64,000 nucleotides of DNA from NCBI GenBank assembly GCA_034226945.1, contig CP120459.1, positions 62,001-126,000 of the forward strand, in the 5' to 3' direction. The notes under the pieces were generated by a model. That model was given only the letters and a program-made list of their open reading frames with translations, was not told the origin of the DNA and searched no databases. Below are positions 44,387 through 58,600 of this stretch, one piece after another; positions within the stretch are counted from its first letter, which is position 1; each line of letters starts with the position of its first letter. This DNA is from Picochlorum sp. SENEW3. Taxonomy: Eukaryota. Position numbers and translations under genes: made by a program.

Positions 44387-45998
44387 TGCATATTACATCC
44401 TGTTGGATGGGGAGGACAATGGGGCCCCTGGAGCCCCAAGTGAAAATATGAAGAACTGGGTGGTGGGAAGGACCCATGATGAGGCTCGTAAAATTGCTGA
44501 ACAGAGACACCCTGGTCGCACATTTACCCTCGTTCAAGATGATGATGTGCTGGACACATGGTTCTCGTCTGGTCTGTTTCCATTTTCTGTCTTCGGCTGG
44601 CCAAACTCTAGTAAAGAATTGGATTCTTTCTACCCTGGATCTCTTTTGGAAACAGGACACGATATTTTGTTCTTCTGGGTTGCTCGCATGGTGATGATGG
44701 CAAGAACTTTGACAGGAAAATTGCCTTTCAAGCAAGTATACCTCCACTCGTTGGTCAGAGACGCACATGGCCGCAAAATGTCAAAGAGTCTTGGAAATGT
44801 CATTGATCCAATCAATGTCATTGAAGGCATTACGCTGGATGCACTTCACCAGACATTACTAGGAGGAAATTTGGATCCCAAGGAAATTGAAAAGGCAAAG
44901 GCAGGCCAAAAAGCCGACTTCCCTGATGGTATTGAAGAATGCGGAGCCGATGCACTTAGATTTGCATTGGTTTCGTATACATCTCAAGGAAAAGATATCA
45001 ATTTGGATATCAAACGCGTGGTATCCTACAGGCATTGGTGCAACAAACTGTGGAATGCCATTCGTTTTGCCATGATGAATCTTGGAGATGATTTCCAGCC
45101 AGAGCAGGTGAATCCAGCTTCTCTACCATTTGCTTCTAAATGGATCTTATCTCGCCTAAGCAATGCATCTAGAACAATCGTACAAGCAATGTATGCATAT
45201 GACTTCTCGACTGCCACATCAACAATCTATTCCTTCTGGCAGTATGAGCTTTGCGACATCTTTATCGAGTTGGCCAAGCCAGCATTCGCCAAGGATGACT
45301 CAGATCCAGTAAAGCATGCAACAAGACAAGCGTTGTACATTTGTTTGGAATCTGGGCTGCGATTGCTCCACCCATTCATGCCATTTGTCACAGAGGAGCT
45401 TTGGCAGCGTCTACCAGGCCAATCCAACCTGCAGAAGCAGCCAGGGTATCCCCAATCTCTGATTGTGGCTGAATATCCAAAGCCCCAGGAAGCATGGGAA
45501 GATGCCGCAGCAGATAGGAACATGGCTTACATGATGAGTATCGTAACGAAAGCAAGGGCTTTGCGATCTGACTATGGGCTGACAAAAGAGAAGCCAGAGA
45601 TGTTCGTTTCTGTCTCAGATGCAAGCATTCGGGAATTTTTGAAAACCGTTACTCTTGAGGTTGCAACTCTGACATCCTCAGCATCCGTCAAAATCCTCGC
45701 ATCCGGAGAGGAAGAGCCTCCAAGTGGTTGTGGTGTTGCTGTTGTCGATGATAAAACAACATTGCACCTGGTCCTCGCAGGCGTCCTTGATGCCGCAAAA
45801 GAGATTGAAAAACTGGAAAAGAAGAAGGAGAATAATATCGAGAAGATCGAGGCACTGAAGAAGCGAATATCCTCAGAGACATATGTCGACAAGACTCCAG
45901 AAAATGTCAAACAGGCTGATCAGGAAAAGCTCGAAAAGCTTGAAAATGAATTGGACAGCATCATTCGCCACATTGACGACTTCAAGGCCTTGTTGTAA
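41863..45998 (+). CDS. VARS: Valyl-tRNA synthetase with N-terminal GST/eEF1Bgamma-like domain (exons 41863-41970, 42075-42138, 42206-42577, 42778-45998)
   Basis: PPPNVTGSLHIGH, DWCISRQLWWGH, KMSKS; three GT-AG introns join upstream exons in frame; CACTAAC branch point in intron 3. Confidence 0.9.
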
Positions 45999-46145
45999 TA
46001 TCCAAATAATATTTAATATTTATTTTGATGCCTACTGTAAGGATATGAAGCATCGCGAGCGTTTTGGCCACCTGAACTTTTCAAAACACAGCTGTTGCAG
46101 TCGAATGATACAATGCCCCGTCAACACTCTGAGAGCTAATTAACA

Positions 46146-48454
46146 ATGCAAAATATTCCGAATATTGGTCTCGATAAGGTGGCCAAGCTGCTAACAAGGC
46201 CAGGAAGGCTGATTCTTAACAACAGAGGAGATACTGCCGAATTTTTCAACCCAGAGGAGTACATTACGCACAAGGTGCGTTTGATTGAACCAATATTTGA
46301 ACAAATACGTCATTTAATGGGCTATATGTGTTGTAGAGAGAATGGAATTCGAGAAGAGAGTTGCAAGCAGAGTCAAACAGTGAAGCAGATGTTGTGGGCA
46401 AACATGATTTGATCGACTATTTCTGCGTGGTTGGGCTGGAAAAAGGCGGTGAAGAGTCGCTTCACATGGAAGGGAGAACGATGCCGGATATCTTATTCAG
46501 TTATCCCGAGTCTCTTCCTGATGATTTGAAGAGGGAGATTCCATCATATTGCTATCCAAATGGACTTTCAGTCAATGCTGTGCAACGAGCTTCGCATGCT
46601 GGAGCCGTAAACGATATTGTATATGGACAACATTATGATTTGAGGTCGGACCAATCGTTCATCTTTCAGTTGCAAACAAGCACCAGTGATGGCTCCACGG
46701 CACCAGAGACGCTCTATGGTATCTGTTTCTATCGAAAAGAATTTGTCCATCGTTTACCTGTGCTGATGAGACAAAAGCTTGGAAGAGGCGAGAAAGAAGA
46801 AGAAGCAGCAGCAAGACAGGACGAGTTACCATCGAGTCTGTGGATGTCCAACAGGTGTTACTGCATTTTGTCTCGTGTGCCTTTGTTTGCACAGCATTTC
46901 GAAATGCTGAGAAAGATTTTGTCCTTTGAAAGGCATTACCAAATCCATGAATTTGTCAAACAAGTAGACTGTGGATTGTGGAACTCCACAACGACTCCAG
47001 TGTCTCAGACCAAGTCATCTCAGAATACGAATGAGGAAACAAATGGGTTTGATGACACTGTGAGCAGTTTCTCGGATTCAGACACATTGAAACCCCAACG
47101 CGAAGAGGAATCTCAAAATACTGAAGATTTTGACACCCCAGAGGATGTGACTGCTCTTGATTTTCTCACTCCAAGTGCTCCTTTACTAGATGGCCCATCG
47201 ACAGAGTACTACACAGCAAGGACTCGTGCACCTACCAATTCGAGAGGGTCAGTGGCGAGAACAATGAGTCGGTATGAACATGTGACAAAGAATGAAGAGA
47301 TAGATATAGATTCTGTCAGACGGAACCTGACGATGATGACGATTGAGAAAGACTTGGTGTATTTCTCGACATCTGCCAGAGAGGACCAGGATGACTCGAC
47401 AGGGACCAGGAAAACCCCCGAGGGCGATTCGAACACAAATAGCTTGGAGCTTGGATCTTGGATTGAAGCAAGTAATGCAGTTGTAGATGACGCGTCTTTT
47501 CAGGATTCAGCTGAATCGAAGAACATGTCAAACCCTCAGGAGATTAGACAGTCTCCATTCCCGAGTTCATGGGAGCATCCTCTCCACATGCTGGAAGCGT
47601 ATAAAGCTACTGCGTACGACATGTCATGGAATGATTCGATGAAAAAAGAAATCCAAGTGCCTGGAGAGATCTCCCTCAAGAATACGCACGGAGAATCCAT
47701 GACAGCAATGTGCTGCAACATGACAGAGCTGGATTTTCTTGCTGCACAGCAACTGCAGGGATGGGCCATCTGCTGCCTATGTAGACACCTGAGTGTCTAC
47801 AACATTATCAACTATATAGGAGCTATGCTTTTGGAGAGGCAGATTGTTGTTTTCAATCCCAATCCGAGCGTTGTTTCAGGCATTGTCCTTTCCACCCTGC
47901 CACTGCTGACGCCTTTCTCATGGCAATCATTGATGCTGCCCATCCTGCCAAACACTCCGGAAAAGATACATTTATTGGATGCTCCAGTACCTTTTATTGT
48001 GGGTTCGACGAGCAAAACGAAGGAAATTCGCAACAAGTGTGCCAGTCTGCTCCGAGTCAATGCATACAAGGATAACATTAAAAATGCACACCTGGTTCCC
48101 AAGATGCCAGGCTTCAGCACCTTAGCACTCTCCTTATACGAAATTCATGACTCGATACGGTATCTTGGAATACAGAATGCTGCAGAATCTCGACCACTGT
48201 ACCAAGTCTCGGAGGAAGAAGCCAAACTTGCCTCCACCTTTGCAGCCACAGTCAGCAGCCACCTCATGGGACTCACATCTGATCTTGCTGGATACATGAT
48301 CACTGATGTTTCAGCACCAACAGGATCCAATCGCTGTAGCGTTTTGCTAAAAGAATCTTTCGTTGAGTCATTTGATGACCCAAAAGACAGAGAATTTATG
48401 AGTGAATTCGTCGAAACACAACTGTTTGACATGTACACAGACTGCTTTCAATAA
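46146..48454 (+). CDS. DENN-domain (Rab GEF) protein (exons 46146-46274 and 46337-48454)
   Basis: DYFCVVG, YCYPNG, RCYCILSRVP, MLLERQIVV, PFSWQSLMLPILP, LDAPVPFIVG, FVETQLF. Confidence 0.85.
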
Positions 48455-48635
48455 TAATAATACTTACACACAAGGAACCTTTAACTTATTATCGATAGAC
48501 CAAAACTCCTTCATCCGTCTGTTTCTAGAGAAATAATGCAAGACGCAGACGAATACAAGAAGAATCAATCATGTAGTAGGAGGAGTAGCAGGTCCACACA
48601 AGACGGCCAGGCCTATACCTCTTCTTTGCAAGTCA

Positions 48636-48953
48636 TCACCAACAACCTGGTGGAGCATAGTTTTCAATCTCCCTGCTCCGCTTTGATACGATCGGCTCTT
48701 CCCCATCCTCCTCCACCCCTCTCTTTTTCATGGGAATTCCTATATCGCTCATGGTCTGTATTGGGAAGATTTTCTTGGACAGACGACAAATCTCTGAAAA
48801 ATTGTCCATTCGAATCTTCTGCTGACAGCTGCTATCGCACACATGAAGCTGCAAGTGCGTATTACATTGGTACATATTGCCACCAATCTTCTCAAAAACA
48901 CAAAATCTGTTGCATGGCACTTCGCCTTGTTGCAGACTCAACATGCCCGTCAT
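48636..48953 (-). CDS. Small Cys/His-rich putative zinc-binding protein
   Basis: 105 aa; CNRFC..IGGNMYQC..HVCDSSC..ICRLS pattern plus basic NLS-like KKR..KRSR. Confidence 0.6.
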   Translation of the reverse strand: MTGMLSLQQGEVPCNRFCVFEKIGGNMYQCNTHLQLHVCDSSCQQKIRMDNFSEICRLSKKIFPIQTMSDIGIPMKKRGVEEDGEEPIVSKRSREIENYAPPGCW

Positions 48954-49170
48954 GCTTGCAAAAAATAAGCAGATCTCGCGATGCCTGTTCCCTTACCACT
49001 CACACTGTCCAAAAAAAAATAAGAAAATTCAAAAGTGATTGGGATCATGTGGGTTGAGACCATCTTCAGAAGTCTTCTCATTTGAAAATTGCAGCTCTAC
49101 CTGCATCTAGATTTAGAGATCTAGTAGATTAGAGATCTAGCCTTAAGGCTACAAGCTTGTAGGCCTTGAG

Positions 49171-49207
49171 ACACACATACACACACACACACATATATAT
49201 ATATATA
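49171..49207. repeat. (CA)n(TA)n compound microsatellite
   Basis: acacacatacacacacacacacatatatatatatata. Confidence 0.9.
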
Positions 49208-49304
49208 CTCACTCCATGGTACTACTGGATGATTTCTATCCTTGTTGGTCAGAAATAGGGTACGAAGAGACTCACAGTGTCTTACAATAATAATGGAAGG
49301 TTGA

Positions 49305-52300
49305 CTAGATGAAGACGTCTAATTCATGCCTGTGATATGTGTTGGTTGCATCATCTTGCATGACTGGATACGCTGGGACAAGTGCGTCTTGTGCTCCCAT
49401 GTAGAGGTTGTTATACAGCCTCCAGTATGTTGTTCTGACTTTCCGAGCGGGGTGGAATAATCCCTGGAGGATGTAATAGAGAATTGTGGAAGGGCCTAAT
49501 GCCAGGCGGCATCCTTCAATGGCTCCATTGACTGCCTGGATGATGTGTGCGCTCTCTTCGAATATGTTTGACCAGACGTAATTCAGCAAATGTGTGAGTG
49601 CGTCTTCGCATCCTAATCCGTACACTCCCAGTGCAATGTGCTGCACGACGGATGCTGCCGTCTGTCTGTGCACCAGGTCTCTGTCCATGAGGGCATCTTC
49701 CAAGAGGGGAGTTACGGCATAGATGTAGTCCTTTCCCATTTCTCCAATATACTCGAACAAGAATGAGAGCGCCTTCAGAACTCCATTCTGTACATTCAAT
49801 TCAGGGACGCGGTATTCGTTCATCAATGCCGGCAGCACTGTGAATGGGGCACACGTCTCTGCAACAATGGCAATGGCCACAGTTGTGCACACTCTATTCT
49901 GCCTTTCTTGTACTTTGAGGTTGTTCAATAAAGTCACCAAAACATCTTGTGGGCCGATTGCTTTCGCTATATACCCAAATGTATTCACGGATGCTCTTCT
50001 GATGGCTTTTCGGGGTGCTCGTAACATGTCCAAGAGTTCAAAGCAGATTCTCATCCATTCCCTGGCAGGTACAAACTCTGCTCCACGGTCCGCGATTCTG
50101 CCAACCAGATCGATACAGTTCTCTTGCACCTTTTCATGTCTATTCTTTAGAATAGGAGTGAGACGAGGCAACAGGTCTTTGATTGGAGGAGTCATCCGTG
50201 TCATGCCAATCACAGCAACAATGGATTTCAGAGCGCCCAGAATGGACCCAAGAACTTCTGGATACTCTTCTCCCAGGTTTTCGAACAATATGATGCCCAA
50301 ATGCGACAGAATTTTCTCTTCATCGCACTTTTTCATAACAGGAGCAATCTTTGCCACGAGGTCTGCTGCCTGTTCTCTGATGCGGGCACTCTTATTATTG
50401 AGTCGCCATTTAATAGTACCACTTATTTGTGGCAGGTAGGGAGCGGCCCTCTCACCTAGTGCATTTATAACTGTCCCGAAACCGTCAAGTACCACAGGTG
50501 TTTCATCAGTGTTTTGCTCTTGGTATGCATAAATCATCCCATCGATCAGCAGTTCTTCCAATCTGGCATCGATATCTGCTGCACCCAATGATGTCACCAC
50601 CTTGTCAATAGCCTCCATGACCATCTTTCTATACGGCTCACTTTCGTCCTTTAAATCTTCCACAATTCTCCCGACTACATCAGAGCAGCCAATTTTCTCC
50701 GCAATAGCCGCGGTTGTCTCAACCAATGCTCTGTAATTGCGCCTGTCAAGGGCCATGCGCCGCACCCAAAAGTGCTTGAAAAACTCTGGAGCTATTTCGG
50801 CTCTGATATACTCAGGCTCGACGCCATCAGTTGCTACACATTGTTTCACAACTTTGAGTACAATCTTTTTCATTTCTTCATCCGGCGTTTGGAATTCTCG
50901 GAGCAAGATCACCATGACCTCCCTGGTGTAGTAGTTGGCATACATGGCATCCATGAGTGGAATAATGAACCCAATGGCTTTGAGAAAAGCCGCCAACACT
51001 TTCCCCCTCAGAAGCCTAACTCCTTTCCATAAAGGCTCCAGCACATCATCAAACGATTCAATTCCATACGGAGCAGCTGCCTCAGCAAGCGCAGATACTG
51101 CCAGGGCTGTGATAGTCTTCACCTTTTGGTTTTCATCTGTGAGGCCATGCTTAATTATCGCGACGAGAGAGGACAAATGCGGCAGAATAGCACATCCCAT
51201 TAATATAGCAGTTTGTTGGACAATCTTGATCCCCGTATGTCGAGCTTGCCAAGACTTTTTACTCATGCATACTGCTTTGAGGAAGGGAAGCATTGTTGGG
51301 ATCCCAAGAGCAGATGCAACCACAGAAAATGCCCTGGCTGTCGTGTTCCTGACATATTCATCCACATTATCAATATCAGGTCTCATTGCAGCAATCATTG
51401 TTGCCAAGCCAGCTGCTTTTGCAAGATTTGCAATGATTTCTCTGCCTTCAGCTCTAGCATAGTAGTCCTCGTCAATCAACAAAGGTTCAATGACCACCAG
51501 AATCTTGTGCACATATGGCCTCACCAAATCATCCAAGCGGAATAAAACTCTATCTATGACTTTCACCAGAAGATGTCGCTCTTGATCCTCCAATGTAGGG
51601 CTCATTAAAAGGGGCAAGATTTGGTTAAAAAGAGGACCAGCACCAAAACTTCTTGCCTTCTCAGTCAGATGTTTCAGACCATTTTTCCTCTGCGGAGGCG
51701 TTCCATTCTTCACTTTCAATAACAACTTCATAATTTTTCGTTCCTTAGCTTCCTCCAAAGAGAGAGAAGATTCATCCACATCTTTTAGAAGCTTGCCAAA
51801 ATACTGCTGGTCTTCCACCTTCATATCTGGCAGCCCTTCCACAGCAACAGGTACATCAAATGCCTGAGTGCGATCTTCTTCCGGAATCGCATACAGCGGG
51901 GTGCCATCTACTGGTGCTGGTGTTGCGGTCAATTTCCTCGCCGGTGTTTGGATTGGCACGTACCCAGCAGGAACCTCCAATATCTTGTACCCATCTGAAG
52001 GCCCAGGAAGCATCGCATCCAACTCTTCATCACTCAGAGGACGATTCCTATATTCTATCTCCTTTTCAATTTTCATAGCTTGGTACAACTCCGGAGTCAT
52101 CGGCACGGGTTGCGCACCCTGTCCAGGTGCCCCATACATTGGAGTTTCCATCCCTGCCGCGCCAACAGGCGTGGCACCAAACCCTCCGTGCGCAGGCGTT
52201 GCCCCCACTGCCGCAGGCGTCGCATCCCACCGACTCCTCTTTGTACCTACTTCTTGAGCAGGCGTCGCATCCCATCGACTCCGACGAGATGCAGTGGCAG

Positions 52301-52892
52301 TGACATCTTTTGAATCCCATCTACTTGGTGTTGCATCCCACTTGCTTGGCTTCTCCACTTTCTCTGGCGCCTCCCACGCAGACTGCTTCTCCCCCATCGA
52401 ATCCCATCTACTACTCTTTGCCTTTGTAAGACCGCCACCATCCGCCTCGTCCTCCTCCCTCTCCTTCATCTCAATATTTCTCATGGTATTCTCCCTCTCA
52501 AGAGCAAGCTGGTTCTCCCTCATAATATCAGCATACGACCGAGCACCCTCTTCACCAGGCGCAGAAGAAAATGCATCTTTTCTTGTTGGAGATAAAGCCC
52601 TGTTCAGCCTCCTCTTACTGTAGTCACTTTCCAAATCGACAACCTTTCTCGAAGGCCCAAACTGTGGCTCCTGCCCTCCATGGCCACCCTCTTCTACAGG
52701 AATATCTTCCATAACATCCTTTGGAGCAGTATATGATGCTAATTTACTGCACAAAAACAAACATGAGTCAGTCCAACATCCTGCAGGCAGACGTGTGCCT
52801 CCCAAATTCACTTCGACCCACCTTTTCACCAGTCTCTGGCGCTCATCACCTCCCTCTCCATCAGAATCATACGTATCTTTGGGTCGACCCAT
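49305..52892 (-). CDS. SF3B1: Splicing factor 3B subunit 1 (probable in-frame 75 nt intron 52747-52821)
   Basis: SRWDATP repeats, [18 protein letters not shown] repeats, [15 protein letters not shown]. Confidence 0.96.
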   Translation of the reverse strand: MGRPKDTYDSDGEGGDERQRLVKRWVEVNLGGTRLPAGCWTDSCLFLCSKLASYTAPKDVMEDIPVEEGGHGGQEPQFGPSRKVVDLESDYSKRRLNRALSPTRKDAFSSAPGEEGARSYADIMRENQLALERENTMRNIEMKEREEDEADGGGLTKAKSSRWDSMGEKQSAWEAPEKVEKPSKWDATPSRWDSKDVTATASRRSRWDATPAQEVGTKRSRWDATPAAVGATPAHGGFGATPVGAAGMETPMYGAPGQGAQPVPMTPELYQAMKIEKEIEYRNRPLSDEELDAMLPGPSDGYKILEVPAGYVPIQTPARKLTATPAPVDGTPLYAIPEEDRTQAFDVPVAVEGLPDMKVEDQQYFGKLLKDVDESSLSLEEAKERKIMKLLLKVKNGTPPQRKNGLKHLTEKARSFGAGPLFNQILPLLMSPTLEDQERHLLVKVIDRVLFRLDDLVRPYVHKILVVIEPLLIDEDYYARAEGREIIANLAKAAGLATMIAAMRPDIDNVDEYVRNTTARAFSVVASALGIPTMLPFLKAVCMSKKSWQARHTGIKIVQQTAILMGCAILPHLSSLVAIIKHGLTDENQKVKTITALAVSALAEAAAPYGIESFDDVLEPLWKGVRLLRGKVLAAFLKAIGFIIPLMDAMYANYYTREVMVILLREFQTPDEEMKKIVLKVVKQCVATDGVEPEYIRAEIAPEFFKHFWVRRMALDRRNYRALVETTAAIAEKIGCSDVVGRIVEDLKDESEPYRKMVMEAIDKVVTSLGAADIDARLEELLIDGMIYAYQEQNTDETPVVLDGFGTVINALGERAAPYLPQISGTIKWRLNNKSARIREQAADLVAKIAPVMKKCDEEKILSHLGIILFENLGEEYPEVLGSILGALKSIVAVIGMTRMTPPIKDLLPRLTPILKNRHEKVQENCIDLVGRIADRGAEFVPAREWMRICFELLDMLRAPRKAIRRASVNTFGYIAKAIGPQDVLVTLLNNLKVQERQNRVCTTVAIAIVAETCAPFTVLPALMNEYRVPELNVQNGVLKALSFLFEYIGEMGKDYIYAVTPLLEDALMDRDLVHRQTAASVVQHIALGVYGLGCEDALTHLLNYVWSNIFEESAHIIQAVNGAIEGCRLALGPSTILYYILQGLFHPARKVRTTYWRLYNNLYMGAQDALVPAYPVMQDDATNTYHRHELDVFI

Positions 52893-53175
52893 GATGGATT
52901 CGACTATACGACACGTTTACAGGACTGGTAGCAGCAAAAATGCGACTCTAATTTTCAACTCAAGCCAGCGGCATATTCTCGAATTCCTCGGTTTTATCAG
53001 ATGAAATATCTCAACATGTACCCTAAAATGTAATATATCACACATATACTATGACCATGACGCATGTAAAATGGCCAAGCTCGTCGACATTCTAAATACG
53101 GAATGTCGACCTTCACTGTTGTGTTGAATAGTCGTGTAGTAGCATTCAACTGGTACTCATAATGACTACTACTCT

Positions 53176-54111
53176 TTGATAATGCTACATCAAGCAAGAT
53201 CTGTGCATCAGAGGGGCGGAGTCGCCCCATTACACCCATCTGCATGCGCGGTGAGTGCATGGAACACATGTTCCGTATCTCATCGCGTTCATCTTAGGCA
53301 GGAGGCATCCAAAAATGTATTATATTCAAGACATTGTGCTATGATGGCCCTTGCGACGTCGTCGCCATTGTCACAGGATGGGTCACAGCGGGGGGAGCTT
53401 CGGTTCAAGAGAGTCATGCTCAAAGTGAGTGGTGAAGCTTTGGAAGGCAGTCATGATTACGGGATTGATCCAAGTGTGCTGAAGTCTATTGCGAAAGAGG
53501 TGGCAGCAGCTGTTCGGGAGGGCGTGGAGGTAGCAATTGTTGTTGGGGGTGGGAATTTCTTTAGAGGGGTGGATAGGTGGGATGGGATGGAAAGGGCCAC
53601 CGCTGATTATGTGGGCATGCTTGCGACTGTTATGAATGCGGTATGCCTTCAATCAGCCTTAGAAGCAGAGGGAGTACAGACACGTGTGCAGACTGCGATT
53701 GAAATGCAAGAGATAGCAGAGCCATACATCAGGAGAAGAGCAATTCGGCATTTGGAGCGGGGTCGAGTAGTGATTTTTGGCGCTGGTACGGGTAATCCAT
53801 TCTTTACCACTGATACAGCGGCAGCGTTGAGGGCTGCCGAGATTGGGGCTGATGCGTTTTTCAAGGCAACCAAGGTGGATGGTGTGTATGATGATGATCC
53901 AGTGAAGAACCCAGAGGCTGTGATGCACAAGTCCCTGTCCTTTAGGGATGTTTTGCTGAAAGATTTGAATGTGATGGATGACACAGCGATTACATTATGC
54001 AAAGAAAATTCTATTCCTGTGGTTGTATTTAATTTACATACGGATGGCAATGTGGTTGCTGCGCTGTTGGGAGACCCTGATGTTGGAACAATCATAAGCC
54101 ATGGCACGTGA
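53176..54111 (+). CDS. pyrH: Uridylate (UMP) kinase, plastid
   Basis: [40 protein letters not shown]. Confidence 0.93.
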   Translation: MIMLHQARSVHQRGGVAPLHPSACAVSAWNTCSVSHRVHLRQEASKNVLYSRHCAMMALATSSPLSQDGSQRGELRFKRVMLKVSGEALEGSHDYGIDPSVLKSIAKEVAAAVREGVEVAIVVGGGNFFRGVDRWDGMERATADYVGMLATVMNAVCLQSALEAEGVQTRVQTAIEMQEIAEPYIRRRAIRHLERGRVVIFGAGTGNPFFTTDTAAALRAAEIGADAFFKATKVDGVYDDDPVKNPEAVMHKSLSFRDVLLKDLNVMDDTAITLCKENSIPVVVFNLHTDGNVVAALLGDPDVGTIISHGT

Positions 54112-54142
54112 ATATATATATAAAAATCAACGAGCCATGTTC

Positions 54143-55447
54143 TTAATTGTAAACTAAATACTTTGGCGTGGCACTGAATTTTTGATATCCTTTGATCACC
54201 TTATTGACTGCATCGAGGAAGTCTTTTTCTGTCACAGTTTTTCTTCTAGAGCGGATTGCAAACATGCCAGCTTCTGTGCACACTGATCTGATATCTGCTC
54301 CTGTAGAGTTTGGACATAAGCGAGCCAGCAATTCGTACCGAATATCACGCTCAACGTTCATTGCCCTTGTGTGAATCTTGAAAATCTGAGTTCTTCCTTG
54401 CAGGTCTGGCAATCCAAATTCTACCTTTCTATCAAGCCTTCCTGGTCGAAGCAGCGCTGGATCCAATGTATCTGGTCTATTGGTTGCCATGAGCACCTTG
54501 ATGTTTCCTCTGGAATCGAATCCATCCAGCTGGTTGACGATTTCAAGCATGGTTCTCTGAACCTCATTGTCTCCTCCCTGATCATCACCACGGGCTCCGC
54601 CAATGGCATCGACCTCATCAAAGAAAATAATGCATGCCTTTTTCGATCGAGCCATTTGGAAAAGCTCTCTCACCATTCTCGCACCCTCACCAACATACTT
54701 TTGCACCAGCTCACTGCCAATCACTCTAATGAAACACGCATCTGTACGATTGGCCACTGCTCGAGCAAGAAGGGTCTTTCCTGTACCAGGGGGTCCGTAG
54801 AGCAAAATACCCTTTGGAGGATCTATACCCAGCTTGACAAACTTTTCAGGATGTAACATTGGAATCTCAACAACTTCCCTCATCTTCTCAATCTGCTCTT
54901 TGCTCCCGCCAATATCGCTATATGTGATATCAGGTTTCTCTTCCACTGTCATCATCGTGACAGTAGGGTCAATCTTTGGAGGCAAGGGAATCTGAATCTG
55001 ATACTTTTGTCTATCAACCCCCACTCGCATGCCCTCTTCTATATCAGTCGGTGCCACTTTGTCCCCCAAACCAACAACAAACTTTGCAATCTGCTTGATA
55101 TTGATCAAATATTTAGCATCATCTGTGTTAGGATTCATAATCTTTGTGCAACGAGCCACCTGAAGAGGCTGTTCCTCCTGCATCATTTGTTTGTCAGCCA
55201 CAAGGTCCCAACGACTTGGATGAGCCAGACCGGTATCAGACTCCTTGATCCCTGCCAGTTCATTCACCTTCTTCGAAAGCGATTTTATCTCATTTTCTAA
55301 TGATTTTATCTTCGCTGTATACGATCCAGCTCCGTATGCTTGCATAATACGGACATCCTCCTCCGTGAGAGCCTTGATGGGCTTGTTGTCCTCATCAACG
55401 TCCATACGGTCCCCTTCCTTCTCCTTTTTCTTTTCTTCTACTGTCAT
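54143..55447 (-). CDS. RPT1: 26S proteasome AAA-ATPase RPT1 (PSMC2)
   Basis: [42 protein letters not shown]-terminal [10 protein letters not shown]. Confidence 0.96.
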   Translation of the reverse strand: MTVEEKKKEKEGDRMDVDEDNKPIKALTEEDVRIMQAYGAGSYTAKIKSLENEIKSLSKKVNELAGIKESDTGLAHPSRWDLVADKQMMQEEQPLQVARCTKIMNPNTDDAKYLINIKQIAKFVVGLGDKVAPTDIEEGMRVGVDRQKYQIQIPLPPKIDPTVTMMTVEEKPDITYSDIGGSKEQIEKMREVVEIPMLHPEKFVKLGIDPPKGILLYGPPGTGKTLLARAVANRTDACFIRVIGSELVQKYVGEGARMVRELFQMARSKKACIIFFDEVDAIGGARGDDQGGDNEVQRTMLEIVNQLDGFDSRGNIKVLMATNRPDTLDPALLRPGRLDRKVEFGLPDLQGRTQIFKIHTRAMNVERDIRYELLARLCPNSTGADIRSVCTEAGMFAIRSRRKTVTEKDFLDAVNKVIKGYQKFSATPKYLVYN

Positions 55448-55678
55448 TTTCGATATCAATGCCCAAAAGTGACCTTCCTGGTTGTACTCTCTCCAACGTA
55501 GGATCAATCACGGTTTGATTGATCACGAAATGGCTAAATTCAGCAGTAGAAGGATAGTAGAGACCTTCTACTATCTGTTTTATTCATTAAACTATTATGT
55601 TTATGGATTTGCGCACCAGGTTTTGGCCTGTTTTAGATTGTGTGTTTCTTACAAAAAAAAATCTGAAGATTGACTTTT

Positions 55679-58600
55679 TCATTCAATATCCAATTCACTG
55701 TCATATCGCAGGCCTCCGTTTGCTATGTGAGGGTCCTGTATACGATGATCTGCAGAAGGCGCATGATTCTTCTTTACTTGCTGTAGCTGTTGCAGCAACT
55801 TTCTATTCTCTGCAGTTGATGAAGCCTGTTCATGTGTTGCGAGTCCATTGCTGAACACATACTGATAGGCAGCACTGTTATACATCCGAAGGATCTTTTT
55901 CTTGAATATATCAGCCCCGAAAAGAGGTTCCAGTATTGGAAGAGCGTCATTTTTGATTGCATAATATGTCTGAATGCACCGCTCTGGGATTTTGTTGAGA
56001 CGTTCATATTCCTTTCCCAGTCCAATGCAGCAGATGGGGCATGTAAAGCTGAAGTCGTCTGGCAATGCAGGCAGTTCTCCGGTGGAAGATTTCTGTGGTT
56101 TTGGGGTTTTCAAGCCTACACATTCAAAGTGGTACCATTCCTGGCATTTCTCACATTCAATCAGGATTGAGTTCTCATCCGTGATCTCTCTGCACAAGCA
56201 GTACGGCACCGAATACTCCCTTAAGATTACAATCTCATCGTGCAGTGGTATGGGCAGGCTTTTACCACTGCGAATGAGATCATTTACTCGGCTCTGGATG
56301 GAGTAGAACCTAGGATTGTTGCAGTCTCGAGCTTCTTTAATCTCCTTTATTGCTGAATCAGCAAGTGCCTTCCATTGCACCGCTTCATCCCAGGCTATTT
56401 TGATCAAATTCACTACTGGATCTTTTGTTGAGATACCAATAACGCGGCTCGACTCATATATGCCTCGGAGTGTTTCAATGGATGGTTTTCGGGGTTCATC
56501 TGCTGTGCTTGGGTTTTGGGCCTGTTTCATGAATGCATGTGCATTTGCCCTCCATTTAGTGACCCTGAGTACTTGCAGGAATATTTCCGCAAATTTGAAG
56601 CCATCAATTTCTATTGCTAGTGCTGATTTGATCAACTGACGGAATACTGATTCTGAGAACCCTGTGTCATTGGCACTTGAACTCAGTGTCTCCCTCTGCC
56701 TCTGGGCAATGGCAATGGCATGATTGCTCCAATCATCAAACTTTTGCAACGTTCTCCTCACACTGATTTCTATGTCACTGATGATTGACATCTGTTCGCA
56801 TGTCTCGAGGATTGATACGAGTTTGTCTCGTGACGCAAGCTTGACTGGTTTCAAAGACCGGATCGTTTCCGACAATGGATTATTCACATCATCTACTGCT
56901 GCACATATAGGGCACAGAAATGTAGAAGACTTCAACGATGCCAGTCCTCCCTCACGAAAACCTATGCAGGATGTGTGGTACCAATCAGAACAGTAGTCAC
57001 AGGCCACCATGGCAGAGTCTGCCACAGAGGACTGCTGACACAAGCAAAATAGCACTCCTTCATCATCATCATAATGTGACTCGATATCCAGATGATCTGC
57101 TTGAAGCGCCTTGTCTTTTTGTTCTTTGGCTGCATCTATGGTGGCCTCTAGATATGAGAGGGCTTGAGTCAAAGGGATCTTTGAAAATGTCGTTCCCAAG
57201 GATGGCATTGTGGAGGATTCCATTGTTTCTATTTGCTTCATCACTTTCTGTATCGTCTCTTTTGGCTCAGATTCAATTGGTATCATCATCAAATTCTGAT
57301 AAATTTCTTTTACGTGGCTAACCGTGGGGCGGTTGCCATACTCATCCCCCCGCAGCAACAAGGAGAGGGCATCACTGAGCTTCTCATATTCAGAAATAAG
57401 GGATGTGATCCTTTCTTGGTCTGATCCACCAAAATATATGTTTAAGGATGCACCAGAGGAAACCAATTCTTTAGCGTGGTGCAAGCTCACAATCTTTGGT
57501 TTCTCCGTGCGCAAAATTGCGTTAGCCTCCTTGAGCCATCGATTTCCCCTAGCAACCAGTCTCTTCAGGTTCTTGAACTCTTCTTTACTACTCGAAATTT
57601 TCTCTCCCACATTGGACAGTTCAGCTAACAGTTCCAAGCTGGCAAGAGGATAATCGGGATACGATGAAGGATTCTCAGTCAGTTCTAAAATATCATCTAC
57701 TGTCTGTTTCCATACAAAGGCATGTAGATAAGACTCCAAGTTATCCACCTGCGCAATTTTGAGACCTGTGCGTAAACCCTTTTCAATGATATCCTCTACT
57801 AAAGGTATTTGATCCTCAAATATATCAGTTTGGCTGAGTATGGGGTCGGCTTCCTCGTGCCATGCTATTGCCTTCTTATGGAGGACTGCCAGGACCTCGT
57901 ACTCATCCATCTGCATCCCCAAGTCGTCATAGTCTCTAATCAAAGAATCAATCACCGAGAAAGATGGTAATTTGTCTCTAGTCTCAGGGGCCATCCAGAG
58001 AATTTTAGTACGAACACAAGGGTGGGATGCACCAGAAACTATGGGCACCCTTTGTCGTGTCACCTCTGGTGGCACAAGAGGGGACTCCCTGACAGACAAG
58101 CACCTCTGGCACCTTCGTATCCATTTGGCCGTTGCAGCGAGCTTATCGGAGTACGACACGAGCACGTCTGTCTTAACCTGGGTGTCTTCTCCCTGAGCCA
58201 CTAATGTTTTCACTTCATCAATGTGCGGCAATGAACTGCCATGATTCTGGGCAAACATTTCTGCCGATTCAGTCCATGCCTTTGCCTTTTGTAATTTGCT
58301 TTGCAATCCCTCCAAAAGATGTGCAACTGAGTCATTACCTGAGGGAGCACAGCTCAAGAGAAATTCAAGATCCTCAATCGTTGCAAGAGATGATACACAC
58401 TTTTTAGCCTTATCCTCCCATTCAAAATTCTGGAGATATGCTTCCATCTCAGTAATCTCATCAAAGGCTATTGGAAGCTTGTATCCCTCAGCAAGAAATT
58501 CTCTAAGTCTTTTGAGAGGCTTATTTTGGGCTTTCAGCGAATGCATTTCCGATATCCACGCATATACCCTATGTTGAAGCTCCAATAATCTTTCAATGTC

